Of a DNA stretch of 64,000 bases, positions 29,091-38,466 are shown piece after piece. Both the position numbers and the translations under genes were made by a program. The DNA is from a virus (taxonomy: Duplodnaviria > Caudoviricetes): IMG/VR virus record IMGVR_UViG_3300028048_003124; one strand, given 5' to 3'. Position 1 is the stretch's first letter. Each line of letters starts with the position of its first letter. Below the pieces are notes generated by a model. The model was not told the origin of the DNA, did no database searches, and saw only the letters and a list, made by a program, of their open reading frames with translations.

Positions 29091-29351
29091 ATGGTAGGTG
29101 TTAGAAGAATACAGTGTCTTTCCATGGCTAAAGAGGATGAAAAATGGTATGGCAAGAAGGCTTTGGTAGGCGACACTATAAGGGTATTTACAAAGTTAGG
29201 AGTAGTATCTGGTGTTTTAAAGAAAATAAACAGTGTTAAGGTAGAGGTATTATGTGATAAGGGTAGAGTTGCTTGCTTACCATTATCAGAAATATCCAGT
29301 TTTGAGGTTGTTTACAGAGGGGATAACGCTATAAGATTTTTTAGTAGGTGA
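29091..29351 (+). CDS. Small beta-rich protein, possibly Sm/LSm-like; paralog of the next gene
   Basis: KALVGDTIRVFT..G.V.G.L..I pattern. Confidence 0.65.
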   Translation: MVGVRRIQCLSMAKEDEKWYGKKALVGDTIRVFTKLGVVSGVLKKINSVKVEVLCDKGRVACLPLSEISSFEVVYRGDNAIRFFSR

Positions 29352-29355
29352 TTTA

Positions 29356-29610
29356 ATGGTCGAAGTAAAGAGGGTATCGTGTATTTCTATTCCTGAAGAG
29401 CCTTTTCCTAGGAATAGAACAGTAAGAACAAAAGCATTTGTAGGAGATACCGTAGATTTGTACACATCAAGCGGTTTTGTCCGTGGAGAGATACGTAGTA
29501 TAGGTTCTAATGTAGAGTTGTATGTACAGGGTTCTATTGTGAGGATTCCGATATCCTCTATAAGGAACTTTGTAATAGCTGGTAGAGGAAAGTTATACAG
29601 TAGTTTCTAA
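29356..29610 (+). CDS. Small beta-rich protein, possibly Sm/LSm-like; paralog of the previous gene
   Basis: KAFVGDTVDLYT..G.V.G.I..I...IP.S.I..F. Confidence 0.65.
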   Translation: MVEVKRVSCISIPEEPFPRNRTVRTKAFVGDTVDLYTSSGFVRGEIRSIGSNVELYVQGSIVRIPISSIRNFVIAGRGKLYSSF

Positions 29611-29666
29611 TAGGTACTAAAGTGCAGATAGAAGCTTATTTAATTTATAAAGGTTGGTGCTAAGGT

Positions 29667-30818
29667 ATGGATTTTTTAATAATGAATAAAGACGTCCCTA
29701 TCTTAAGGTTCGGAAGCACTACACAAAAGGGTATCTCAACGGGTATTGTCATAAAAGAGGTTTATAGTAATACTATACCTCTGACCTTCTCAATGGGGCG
29801 AATTATAGATATAAACGAGTGGCTCAAGGGTAGATTAGTCCTAAGCCACAGGAGAGATATACTAAAACAATTAGAGTTTATTGGAATAGTAAAGATATTT
29901 GATATCATATCTGTTACAAATTGTATATCTTTAAACGACACTTACTGGGTAAAACAAGTAGGTAGTAAAATAAATTGGGATAGGGTATCACCTTATAGAA
30001 ATCCATTAAATTCTGCGATAGCTGACTATGCAATAGGGAGCGGAAGGAGTTTTAACGGTAAGAAAATTTCATCATCACCAGATTTTTCTACTGGTGGTAG
30101 TTTTCCAAAATGTTGGAAAAGGGTAAATGGTGTTATATATTTATATAAGACGGGTAGCCCAGGGTTTTCTAATTCTGGGATAGAGCCCTATTCAGAAATC
30201 TATGCATCAAAATTAATGGAAAAATTAGATATACCGCACATTACATACGAGTTAGTCAATTATAAAAATCGTCTTGCGACAAGGTGTCCATGTATGTGTA
30301 GTGAGAAAATTGGTTTATACCAAGTAGGAGATTTAACTGTAATACGAGAAGGGTATGAAGATTTAGTAAAACAGGGTTTTGTAAGTCCAGAATATTTATC
30401 TGAAATGCTTTTGGTAGATTATTTATCACTAAACATAGATAGACATCTAGGAAACATAGGTATATTGGTTGATAACGATAGTCAGGTTTTATTGAAAGGT
30501 TCTCCAATTTATGATAATAACATGTCTTTTGTACCATATTTTGTACCAGACAATTCAAAAAAACTATCTCAAAGTTTAGAGGAGTATATTATAGGTGCAG
30601 ATAGCAATGGTGATATTTTAAGGGCTTCTGACGGTTCTACCTTTGAGGACATTTTTAGGCTCTCCTTAAAATTGGGAGGGAATAAGATAGTGTCAAAGGT
30701 TAAAAATCTAAGGGGTTTTAGGTTTAAAACATCTATGCCACGTGATAGAGTTGCAAATGCTGTGTTAGATAGGCAGTTGACGATAGCAAATAAAATACTC
30801 AATAGTTATAAGAGGTGA
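29667..30818 (+). CDS. Full-length HipA-like kinase (N-domain fused)
   Basis: SLNDTYWVK; GSFPKCW, LYK.G, EPYSE, DRHLGNIG, PIYDN. Confidence 0.85.
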   Translation: MDFLIMNKDVPILRFGSTTQKGISTGIVIKEVYSNTIPLTFSMGRIIDINEWLKGRLVLSHRRDILKQLEFIGIVKIFDIISVTNCISLNDTYWVKQVGSKINWDRVSPYRNPLNSAIADYAIGSGRSFNGKKISSSPDFSTGGSFPKCWKRVNGVIYLYKTGSPGFSNSGIEPYSEIYASKLMEKLDIPHITYELVNYKNRLATRCPCMCSEKIGLYQVGDLTVIREGYEDLVKQGFVSPEYLSEMLLVDYLSLNIDRHLGNIGILVDNDSQVLLKGSPIYDNNMSFVPYFVPDNSKKLSQSLEEYIIGADSNGDILRASDGSTFEDIFRLSLKLGGNKIVSKVKNLRGFRFKTSMPRDRVANAVLDRQLTIANKILNSYKR

Positions 30819-31204
30819 GTCCGATACAATCATACAGACAAGCGTTCATAAGGGCAAACCCAGGGGTAAGACTACCAGGGTATGCAGGTTATTGGTATCG
30901 GTGTTCAAACTGTGGTAAGTGGTGTGGCAGACCAGGACGAGATAGGATAAAGATACCAGATAGCTGTAAAATGGAAGTAGATCACATAAAACCGTGGAGT
31001 CAAGGTGGTAGTGATGAGGTATGGAATTTACAACCTATGTGTAAACCTTGTAATAGAGCAAAGTCCAATGGAGTAACTATATCAGATAGGGGAAAGATAT
31101 TAAAAAATGATATACTTCACGGAGATATAGTAACTGGGTATTTGAGAAGAAAGTTTAGGCAAAACAAGGTACTTAAGGTACTAGGTATTAATAAAAGGAG
31201 ATAA
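30815..31204 (+). CDS. HNH endonuclease
   Basis: CSNCG...VDHIKPWSQGGSDEVWNLQPMCKPCNRAK. Confidence 0.88.
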   Translation: MSPIQSYRQAFIRANPGVRLPGYAGYWYRCSNCGKWCGRPGRDRIKIPDSCKMEVDHIKPWSQGGSDEVWNLQPMCKPCNRAKSNGVTISDRGKILKNDILHGDIVTGYLRRKFRQNKVLKVLGINKRR

Positions 31205-31212
31205 GATAGAAT

Positions 31213-31995
31213 ATGAAAAAAGTTGTATTTAATGATGAGTTGTCTTTTTCAACATTTGTTTTGGGATTAGAAAAACTTTATTGGGGTAAGAGTTTCAATT
31301 TTGAAGTTGAGAGTGACAGAGTTATTGATATGTATAATTATTTAACTGATATGACATACCGTTTAGCTTCTTACTCTGGAAGTGAGAAGACTGTAGTTAT
31401 TCTCCCATCATTTGAAACTATTGGTAGTGAAAAAGGCAAGGTCTCATATTACTATAAGGTAACAGTTGAGAGTGGCGGAGCAATTAATATCTATATGTAT
31501 AACGTTGATATGGACTTGTATGCAGTACAAGGGATTGATGATGAAGATACTGTTGCTGAAGCAGAAGAATATGATGATGTTGTATTCTATTCTGTAAGTG
31601 ATATGCTTAATAATATAGAAAAGATACCTGTTTCAGATAAAGATAAGTCATTATGCCTCAGGGTATATGATGGCATAATAGTCTACTCCGATGATGCAGA
31701 AGATATAAGAGATATGTATGAAACTTTTGCAAATTGTGTAGATCATATATTAACAGACGGTTATGATGAGTTTATTGATGAAGATAATTTTCTTAGATTA
31801 AAGGAATCAAAAGGTAATCAGAGAAGACCTTTTAATAAGGTAAGATATATATGTAAAGAGTTTGATAAGCTCTTCAAAAAGGGAAATATCTCTGTAAATG
31901 AGGTAATAGAAGATCTAAAATTTAGAGGCTTTGATGAGGAAGATGTAAATAAGGCTGTTTTGATGTCTATAGGTTCAACAGTATGGAAAGACTAA
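31213..31995 (+). CDS. Hypothetical protein, C-terminal module family (member 2)
   Basis: Ends GFDEEDVNKAVLMSIGSTVWKD. Confidence 0.75.
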   Translation: MKKVVFNDELSFSTFVLGLEKLYWGKSFNFEVESDRVIDMYNYLTDMTYRLASYSGSEKTVVILPSFETIGSEKGKVSYYYKVTVESGGAINIYMYNVDMDLYAVQGIDDEDTVAEAEEYDDVVFYSVSDMLNNIEKIPVSDKDKSLCLRVYDGIIVYSDDAEDIRDMYETFANCVDHILTDGYDEFIDEDNFLRLKESKGNQRRPFNKVRYICKEFDKLFKKGNISVNEVIEDLKFRGFDEEDVNKAVLMSIGSTVWKD

Positions 31996-32014
31996 TCTAG
32001 AGGGTAGTGGTTAT

Positions 32015-32581
32015 ATGATTTCTATTGAAAAAATACATACGAGTGTAGATATTTCAGATATTGATATATCAGGTAACAGAAAAGAAAGGTTAAAGTCAGC
32101 CCTAGAGGGTACTTTGTTAAGATTGATTTCTCAGATGCCTAAGGTAGATGTTATACAAGACGTACCTAAACATACTTATAAGTTGTGGGAGGTTTCATAT
32201 CTTTCAGGTGGGTTATTGTCTATAAAGAAGACAGGAAGTCGTTTTTATGTGTATTTAAGGAAAAATGGTGCAGAAGTTAGTTACTCTAAAAGGTTGTCAT
32301 TCCTTGCAAGAGATGCCATAGACTTTGTGCAGTCTGAGGGGGACATTCAAGATTTTATCAGTAGATTGAGAGATATTGCTGTTAAAGAGGAGTCATTGAT
32401 TTCAGAAGCTGGTTTAGATTATAATAAGGAAAGTGCTTCAGATTTCTTTAAGGTTAATTTCTTAAACACTGGTAAAACTTTAAAAGAGGTAATATCTTTA
32501 ATGAGAAGTAAAGGTTACTCATCTACAAGCACTCTTCAGGCTGTTGTAGATGTACTCAAAGACACAACTTGGGTAGAGTAG
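32015..32581 (+). CDS. Hypothetical protein, C-terminal module family (member 3)
   Basis: Ends GYSSTSTLQAVVDVLKDTTWVE. Confidence 0.75.
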   Translation: MISIEKIHTSVDISDIDISGNRKERLKSALEGTLLRLISQMPKVDVIQDVPKHTYKLWEVSYLSGGLLSIKKTGSRFYVYLRKNGAEVSYSKRLSFLARDAIDFVQSEGDIQDFISRLRDIAVKEESLISEAGLDYNKESASDFFKVNFLNTGKTLKEVISLMRSKGYSSTSTLQAVVDVLKDTTWVE

Positions 32582-32596
32582 AGAAGGAGGGTTCTT

Positions 32597-32899
32597 ATGC
32601 ATACATTTTATGTTCAATCTCTTAAGATAAATGGCACTAGGTGCTTAACGCCAGATTTGGCTCAGTTAGGTCTTTTGGGAAGTCACAATGGTTGTGGACC
32701 TGTTTTAGTTGCAAAGAGAATGCTGGGGTTTATAGGAAAGAATTTTAGGAAAGTATCAAAAAGAGATGTATTTGGGTCGGTAAATTCTGGCTACAAGACA
32801 AACCCAGATGAGCAAGAGAAGACATGGGTGTCTTTGGTTGATGAGAATAACAAATGTTTTTATATTGCGTTTGATTTAGTATCTAGGAGGCATATGTAG
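32597..32899 (+). CDS. Hypothetical protein, paralog of 34389..34688
   Basis: LKINGT, GP...AK..LG..G.NF...RDVFG, LVDE...F.AFD. Confidence 0.75.
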   Translation: MHTFYVQSLKINGTRCLTPDLAQLGLLGSHNGCGPVLVAKRMLGFIGKNFRKVSKRDVFGSVNSGYKTNPDEQEKTWVSLVDENNKCFYIAFDLVSRRHM

Positions 32900-33522
32900 T
32901 GGAATCAAAGATAGCTTTTTATAGTAGCGGTGTTTTTTGTGAATGTCTTTCTAATTATTCAAATGGTTCTTCTTGGGGTTTTACATCCGATAAAGAGGGC
33001 TTTAATACTATTTATGAGGCGTTAACAAGTAGTGCAGAAACTTTATTGAAATACCACGGAGTAGAACAGTCCGCTCACAGATTTCCAGTAGATTATGATG
33101 AAGCTATAAAAATAGATTTAGATATAAGAGTTGGAAGGGGTTATGTTTCTTTATATGAGATACAAATAGATGGTAGTACAGAGAATGAGACTTTGCTGCT
33201 CAAGGCATATAAAGATCAAATAGAGGTTTATACGCAGGGTTATGGATCAGAGGATGCTTCTCTCGTAGTTTTAGTGAATATGCTAACAACAAAGGGTATG
33301 TTAATTTCTGATGAGTATACTATTACTAGTGTGGCTAATTCTGGTGCCTTAGGAGATAAGGCTAAATCGGTTGTTATGTACAGAGAGTTTGACAAGTTAT
33401 TCAAGTCTGGTAAGCACTCACTAAATACGGTAGTAGACATCTTCAAGAAAAGAGGGTATTCTGATAAACAGATATATCAGGCTATAATGAATACTCTAGG
33501 TTCTGCTGTTTGGGAGGATTAG
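32899..33522 (+). CDS. Hypothetical protein, C-terminal module family (member 4)
   Basis: Ends GYSDKQIYQAIMNTLGSAVWED. Confidence 0.75.
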   Translation: MESKIAFYSSGVFCECLSNYSNGSSWGFTSDKEGFNTIYEALTSSAETLLKYHGVEQSAHRFPVDYDEAIKIDLDIRVGRGYVSLYEIQIDGSTENETLLLKAYKDQIEVYTQGYGSEDASLVVLVNMLTTKGMLISDEYTITSVANSGALGDKAKSVVMYREFDKLFKSGKHSLNTVVDIFKKRGYSDKQIYQAIMNTLGSAVWED

Positions 33523-33567
33523 TCGTAAGTATTTAAATATTGTGGTACAAAGTCAAAGGGGTATATT

Positions 33568-33777
33568 ATGGATAAGTTAAAAGATCTTTATTGTTCTGTT
33601 TTTGATGAAAATGGTGAAATTAAACTTTGTGGCAGAGAGGCTTGTAAAAGGCTAATTGTTGAAATGAAGTGCTATACAAGTGTTGATGTAGGTGATGAAG
33701 ACTCTGGATTTATGAATGTAGATAACATGAAAAAAGAGTATAAAAGGTTAGTGGAAGAGGGTATTAATAATGATTAA
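33568..33777 (+). CDS. Small hypothetical protein
   Basis: 69-aa ORF with RBS; overlaps the next start. Confidence 0.65.
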   Translation: MDKLKDLYCSVFDENGEIKLCGREACKRLIVEMKCYTSVDVGDEDSGFMNVDNMKKEYKRLVEEGINND

Positions 33778-34369
33778 ATGCTATGATGAAAACAGTTTTG
33801 ATTTTTTATTTACTCCTATTAAAGATATGATACCTTTTGGTAGTAAGAGTATGTATAAAGATTTTTACAATTTAGTTACAGGTTTAGCTAAAGGTGTGAA
33901 CAATTATAACGGCTCAACAAAAGATATAGTAGTTGATAAAAAGAGAACAGATAATGATTTCCATGATATAGTGATAAAGGTTGGTTCTTGCAGGTTAGTT
34001 CTTGTAGAAGTACTCTATGATTATGAGATGAATGTGTCTGGAGAATTTTTAATGGCGTCAATTTTCCCAGATAGTATAGAGGTAATTGCAAGAGATGGCG
34101 ATTATCTTTCCCATATACGCTCACTTGGGTATCTCATAGTAGTGTGTATGCGAAATCAGAAAAAGTTGTCCGCTAAGAAGATAGAAACATTGATTAAGAG
34201 TGATAAAAACAGTACCATAACTGCTATGAGCTTGTTTAGTGAATGTTTCATGAAAAACGGTTTAAGCTATGATACTTCAATAAAAAGATTAAAAAGTGCT
34301 GGTTTTTCTGATAAACAGATTTATAGAGCGGTAAGTGATGTATTAGGATCATCAGTGTGGGTAGATTAA
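33770..34369 (+). CDS. Hypothetical protein, C-terminal module family (member 5)
   Basis: Ends GFSDKQIYRAVSDVLGSSVWVD. Confidence 0.75.
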   Translation: MIKCYDENSFDFLFTPIKDMIPFGSKSMYKDFYNLVTGLAKGVNNYNGSTKDIVVDKKRTDNDFHDIVIKVGSCRLVLVEVLYDYEMNVSGEFLMASIFPDSIEVIARDGDYLSHIRSLGYLIVVCMRNQKKLSAKKIETLIKSDKNSTITAMSLFSECFMKNGLSYDTSIKRLKSAGFSDKQIYRAVSDVLGSSVWVD

Positions 34370-34388
34370 AAATAAGGAGGAGAGTTTT

Positions 34389-34688
34389 ATGTCTCATAGG
34401 TTTATAGTATGGGGTTTAAAGGTCAATGGCACTCAGTATAATGGGAGTGCTTTTAATAAAGCAGGGTACATGGCTAAAGGACCTATAACAGCAGCAAAAC
34501 AGATCTTGGGAAACAAGGGCAGAAATTTTCATATTGCTACACAAAGGGATGTATTTGGAAAGTATTGGGCTTCAAACAATCCATCAAGGGTTGTTGCCGC
34601 CGATGTACAACCTGCAATAGAGCAAACATATATTCAGTTGGTAGATGAGACAGGCAAGCATTATTTTGTTGCCTTTGATGCGATATAA
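34389..34688 (+). CDS. Hypothetical protein, paralog of 32597..32899
   Basis: LKVNGT, GPITAAKQILG, RDVFG, LVDETG...AFD; AGGAGG RBS. Confidence 0.75.
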   Translation: MSHRFIVWGLKVNGTQYNGSAFNKAGYMAKGPITAAKQILGNKGRNFHIATQRDVFGKYWASNNPSRVVAADVQPAIEQTYIQLVDETGKHYFVAFDAI

Positions 34689-34703
34689 GGAGTATGATTA
34701 TTT

Positions 34704-35420
34704 ATGAAAATGTACCATGAGTTAGCGCAAGTAAAAGAAGGTAATAAGAGAGTTGGTTGGCTTGTTTCTTCTTACTCTGATTTAAAGAATGCGATGTTTT
34801 ACCCTTTAGAGTATTTACCCGAAGATACTTTTATAAGCTGTGTAGATAGGGGATTAGTACAGTATTTTACTATTAAGAATGGTAATTTGGCTATTGAGTA
34901 CACAGATGAAGAGCTACTAGAGTTTAAAAAGGTAGGAATTAAGAAAGTGCCTACCACTGATTTAAGGGAATACTTAAGTATGGATGTGAGTCTACAGCAT
35001 AAACCTTTGTTTGAAGCTTTTAATGGTGGTAAACCTTATGTATATGGTATATCTGCAAGGAAGTTGTACGGCAGAATATTCTGCCAAGTATGGGTATTTT
35101 GTGAAGCTCCCTCCGTTGTTTCGATTAGGCTTTTTCATCAAAATCTACTTACCAAGGCAGATAACAGTATTCTAGCGATAGCAACGACGATGGGTACTGT
35201 AAAGACAGGTGTAAATTGTGTATATGGTATGCCCTCGATAAGTTTAATGGAGCTTTGGAAAAGGTATGATATGGCAAACATTTCTATGAAATCAGCAAAA
35301 ACTGCATTACGGACGGCTAAGAAGTTTGCTGAGGGTGATGCCAAAAAGACTAAAAGGGTAAATAAACTGTATTCTGGAGAGGAATTAGAAGAAATAATTA
35401 GACGTGTAGAGACTATATAA
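34704..35420 (+). CDS. Hypothetical protein
   Basis: AAGGAG RBS, 238 aa. Confidence 0.7.
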   Translation: MKMYHELAQVKEGNKRVGWLVSSYSDLKNAMFYPLEYLPEDTFISCVDRGLVQYFTIKNGNLAIEYTDEELLEFKKVGIKKVPTTDLREYLSMDVSLQHKPLFEAFNGGKPYVYGISARKLYGRIFCQVWVFCEAPSVVSIRLFHQNLLTKADNSILAIATTMGTVKTGVNCVYGMPSISLMELWKRYDMANISMKSAKTALRTAKKFAEGDAKKTKRVNKLYSGEELEEIIRRVETI

Positions 35421-35441
35421 GTTTTAAAAAGGTGGTATATT

Positions 35442-36149
35442 ATGTTTGATCTTTCTTTGTCTGTTGTTGGTAATGCAAAGCGCATGCCGACGGTAATGGT
35501 ACTTAGCGTTGTTTTGTTTTCAACAAACATAGATGCTAAAGAGAGCATAAAGATTTTGTCAGAGAGGTATAATTCTCTATTAACTTCTGTTAAAGGTATT
35601 ATCGGTGAGTGTGGTAATATCAAGAAAGGGGTTATTTCTACTTCTGCTAGATATAAGAACGTAGAGAAAAAGAATAGCAATGGAACAAAAGTAAGTACTA
35701 GCGAGTTCTCCCATTATTACTCTACGCAAAGTATGGTAATATCTGATATGGATATAAACATTGATACATTGATTCTGTTGATGAACGAAGCCTATTCAAG
35801 CGAAGGGGTAAGTTCTTGTGACTTTTCTTTTTCTTTAAAAGAAGACGAGATGTATGCTTTAAGAGAAGAAGCTATAAGAAAAGCATTTGAGGAAGCCACG
35901 CATAAGGCAGAGCTGTTCAGTATAATGAATAAAAGTGCTGGAAAGTTTAAACTTAAAGACGTAAACATGAATTCCTCGGTATCATCGAGAAACGCTAAGA
36001 TGAAGGCAGGGATTGACAGCTCCGTTTTTGATAATTTAGATTTTGGGGCAGTTGAGAATACTGGTCTTGTATTGTTAAGAGATAATATTGATGTAAAAGA
36101 AGTAAGTGTTTCTCAAACTATTTCTTTTACTTTTGAGATAGGTGAGTAG
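35442..36149 (+). CDS. SIMPL (DUF541) domain protein
   Basis: LSVVGNA...P; FSL......LREEAIRKAFEEATHKAE; VSVSQTISFTFEI. Confidence 0.6.
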   Translation: MFDLSLSVVGNAKRMPTVMVLSVVLFSTNIDAKESIKILSERYNSLLTSVKGIIGECGNIKKGVISTSARYKNVEKKNSNGTKVSTSEFSHYYSTQSMVISDMDINIDTLILLMNEAYSSEGVSSCDFSFSLKEDEMYALREEAIRKAFEEATHKAELFSIMNKSAGKFKLKDVNMNSSVSSRNAKMKAGIDSSVFDNLDFGAVENTGLVLLRDNIDVKEVSVSQTISFTFEIGE

Positions 36150-36151
36150 GG

Positions 36152-36667
36152 ATGTTACAATATCGTGGGAAGGCTGCTACTGACAAACCATTTATCGCAA
36201 CAGATACGATAAGCGTTAGTACAAAAGAAGTTGAAGATATTTGTAAAGACCTAATACTTGCTTTAAGAAAAGTCAATATTCGCAGTATTTCCGATCTTGT
36301 ACTATCATCCGTAGAAGGAAAAGGGTACATCTCTTTAGATATAGCAAATAATAGTAAGGATTTAAACATTCATATCTATTTTAAAGATGCAGATTGTAGT
36401 ATCATAAACATCTCTGCTGACAATGGTAATTATAAAGAGTTTATACAAAAATCTGGTAATGAAGACTTATCTAAAGCTATTGAGAATACCTTAAAGAAAA
36501 TAACGAAATACTTTGGTAACATTGTACATAGCATACGACTGTCAAGCAAAACAAGATCGGGTATCTATATATCATCCGAAAGATTTTGGAACAGTAAATT
36601 ACGAATATTAAGATTACATGATGTGTGCAACAAGGAGTACATAAACGTACTAATAAAAAGTATATAG
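36152..36667 (+). CDS. Hypothetical protein
   Basis: Closely packed ORF. Confidence 0.65.
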   Translation: MLQYRGKAATDKPFIATDTISVSTKEVEDICKDLILALRKVNIRSISDLVLSSVEGKGYISLDIANNSKDLNIHIYFKDADCSIINISADNGNYKEFIQKSGNEDLSKAIENTLKKITKYFGNIVHSIRLSSKTRSGIYISSERFWNSKLRILRLHDVCNKEYINVLIKSI

Positions 36668-36681
36668 GAGGTGCATTGGTA

Positions 36682-36858
36682 ATGGCTAGATCTCGTTCTA
36701 TAAATTTAAAGACTTATGTTGTTGTGTGCAGACATAAGATTAATAAAAATGATATAAAGAGTGTACCTGTTTATGCTCCATCCAAACAATGGATTCGGGC
36801 TAATTGGTACTCCCTTATAGGTAGATCAGACTATACAATTATAAGTATAAACGGGTAA
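36682..36858 (+). CDS. Small basic hypothetical protein
   Basis: GGAGGTG RBS favours ATG 36682 (MARSRSINLK) over 36625. Confidence 0.6.
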   Translation: MARSRSINLKTYVVVCRHKINKNDIKSVPVYAPSKQWIRANWYSLIGRSDYTIISING

Positions 36859-36866
36859 TTACATTA

Positions 36867-36905
36867 AGGCTAGGCTTATATAATGTAAGTCTAGCCTAAT
36901 TTTTT
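36867..36905 (+). terminator. Rho-independent terminator
   Basis: AGGCTAGGCTTATA / TGTAAGTCTAGCCT plus T-run. Confidence 0.8.
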
Positions 36906-36915
36906 ACAGAGTTTA

Positions 36916-36944
36916 TTGCTAAAATATACAATGTATGGTAAAAT
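36916..36944 (+). promoter_or_regulatory. SigA-type extended -10 promoter
   Basis: TTGCTA-N17-TAAAAT with TATGG. Confidence 0.75.
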
Positions 36945-36978
36945 TATTACATAAAAATAAAAAGGGGTTTAATGTGCT

Positions 36979-37353
36979 ATGAGTAATATGGTCGTTTCTT
37001 TGTACCTTGGTTTGACTTGGCAGGATGTGTTAAGGTATAGAGATATTATGCTCAACAAGTCTGATAAAGAAATAAAGGAAGGAAATTGTTTCACAAGAGC
37101 AGTAAACGCAGATACATATTCTGTTGAGTTATCTCTGGTAGATAGGGTAACAGATAATAGTGGGTTGGTTAGCCCAGTAGTTACAATCTCTGTACGTACA
37201 GGGGGTGTAGAGGTAGCAAAGGATATGTTCACTGGTACTGGTTTGAAGTTTGATGCTCATACCGAGGATTCAATTTGTCGGCTTTTTGTGTTACAACAAG
37301 GTTCAGATGTTACCTATCACGTAAATGTTAACATCGTAGATGATACAATGTAA
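36979..37353 (+). CDS. Hypothetical protein
   Basis: ORF directly after promoter. Confidence 0.65.
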   Translation: MSNMVVSLYLGLTWQDVLRYRDIMLNKSDKEIKEGNCFTRAVNADTYSVELSLVDRVTDNSGLVSPVVTISVRTGGVEVAKDMFTGTGLKFDAHTEDSICRLFVLQQGSDVTYHVNVNIVDDTM

Positions 37354-37368
37354 GGAGTAATACATAGC

Positions 37369-37548
37369 ATGAGAAGTACTAAAAAACTAAACAGAACTCA
37401 GAGAAATCTTTTATCTAAGTGTGGCTATACTGGTGATCTGAGCGGTATTCAGTATCTTAAAGAAGATAAGGACTATTTGTACTTTTTTGTTCTGGAGGAC
37501 AATACTGTTTTGAAGTATAATAAGTCTTTAAGAGAAATAGAACCTTAA
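37369..37548 (+). CDS. Small hypothetical protein (59 aa, not in ORF track)
   Basis: AAGGAG RBS; MRSTKKLNRTQRNLLSKCG...; fills the intergenic gap. Confidence 0.65.
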   Translation: MRSTKKLNRTQRNLLSKCGYTGDLSGIQYLKEDKDYLYFFVLEDNTVLKYNKSLREIEP

Positions 37549-37560
37549 GGGTATATCGGT

Positions 37561-37992
37561 ATGAATTACAATAAAAAATTAAAAGAGTTTACTGTATTTA
37601 ACGTTATTGATTTGATACGTTTTAGGGATCATTTACAGAAGATGCGTGGTATCTCTGTAGATGATTTCTTTTTGAATTTTATGAAGAAAGGTGTCTCATA
37701 TTTAACTATCCTAGAGAAGGGTAATGGTTCATATGATTACTTTATCTCTGAGAGTATAAGAGAAGCTTTTTTGAAAAATAGAAGTAATGATGTAGAGATA
37801 CACATGTCTAAGTCTTTTAGCAATGGAAAAATGTTGAGTAATGTTGAAAAATCGGAGACTACTGGTAAGTATAATTCATACATCATTCCTTTATCAAAAG
37901 AAGATTATGATAGAGAAGGTATTACTACTTATGGTTTGGAGTGTGTTGCGATTTCGTTGCTTATTAAGATATTAGGTGGTGTAAATAAGTGA
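37561..37992 (+). CDS. Hypothetical protein
   Basis: Closely packed ORF. Confidence 0.65.
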   Translation: MNYNKKLKEFTVFNVIDLIRFRDHLQKMRGISVDDFFLNFMKKGVSYLTILEKGNGSYDYFISESIREAFLKNRSNDVEIHMSKSFSNGKMLSNVEKSETTGKYNSYIIPLSKEDYDREGITTYGLECVAISLLIKILGGVNK

Positions 37993-38444
37993 GATTTGCA
38001 TCAGACAGGTCTAATAGTATTTTACGCGAGGACTTCTACCTAAATAACGTAAAAACGAACAAGGGCACATTATTAAATAATACATCAGATTATGCTATCA
38101 CCAATTATATTGCGCCATCTAATAACTATATAGTTTATACGCCTGATGTTGCTATATTTCATGGGTGTGAGTATATTGTTGTTCACAGCATAAACTCTTT
38201 ATGCGCTAGATATTATAATACTAATGTGTATATTGAGGATGGCTTTATAAACGGGGATATGCTAAAGTGCTTAGAGCACTCAAGTGTATATCCTTACAAA
38301 TATTGTTCGTATATTTTAAGTTTAGGTGATATAGAGTACAAAAACTTTCTCTTTAATGAAAAGCGAGGGTATAAAGAAGTTGTAAGTTGGTTATCCGAAA
38401 AAGTTATTCAGGCTATAGATTATAAGGCTTCAAAAGGTTTCTAA
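37989..38444 (+). CDS. Hypothetical protein
   Basis: GTGA start/stop overlap. Confidence 0.6.
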   Translation: MRFASDRSNSILREDFYLNNVKTNKGTLLNNTSDYAITNYIAPSNNYIVYTPDVAIFHGCEYIVVHSINSLCARYYNTNVYIEDGFINGDMLKCLEHSSVYPYKYCSYILSLGDIEYKNFLFNEKRGYKEVVSWLSEKVIQAIDYKASKGF

Positions 38445-38466
38445 TTGCCAAGTATGGAGGGCGTTT

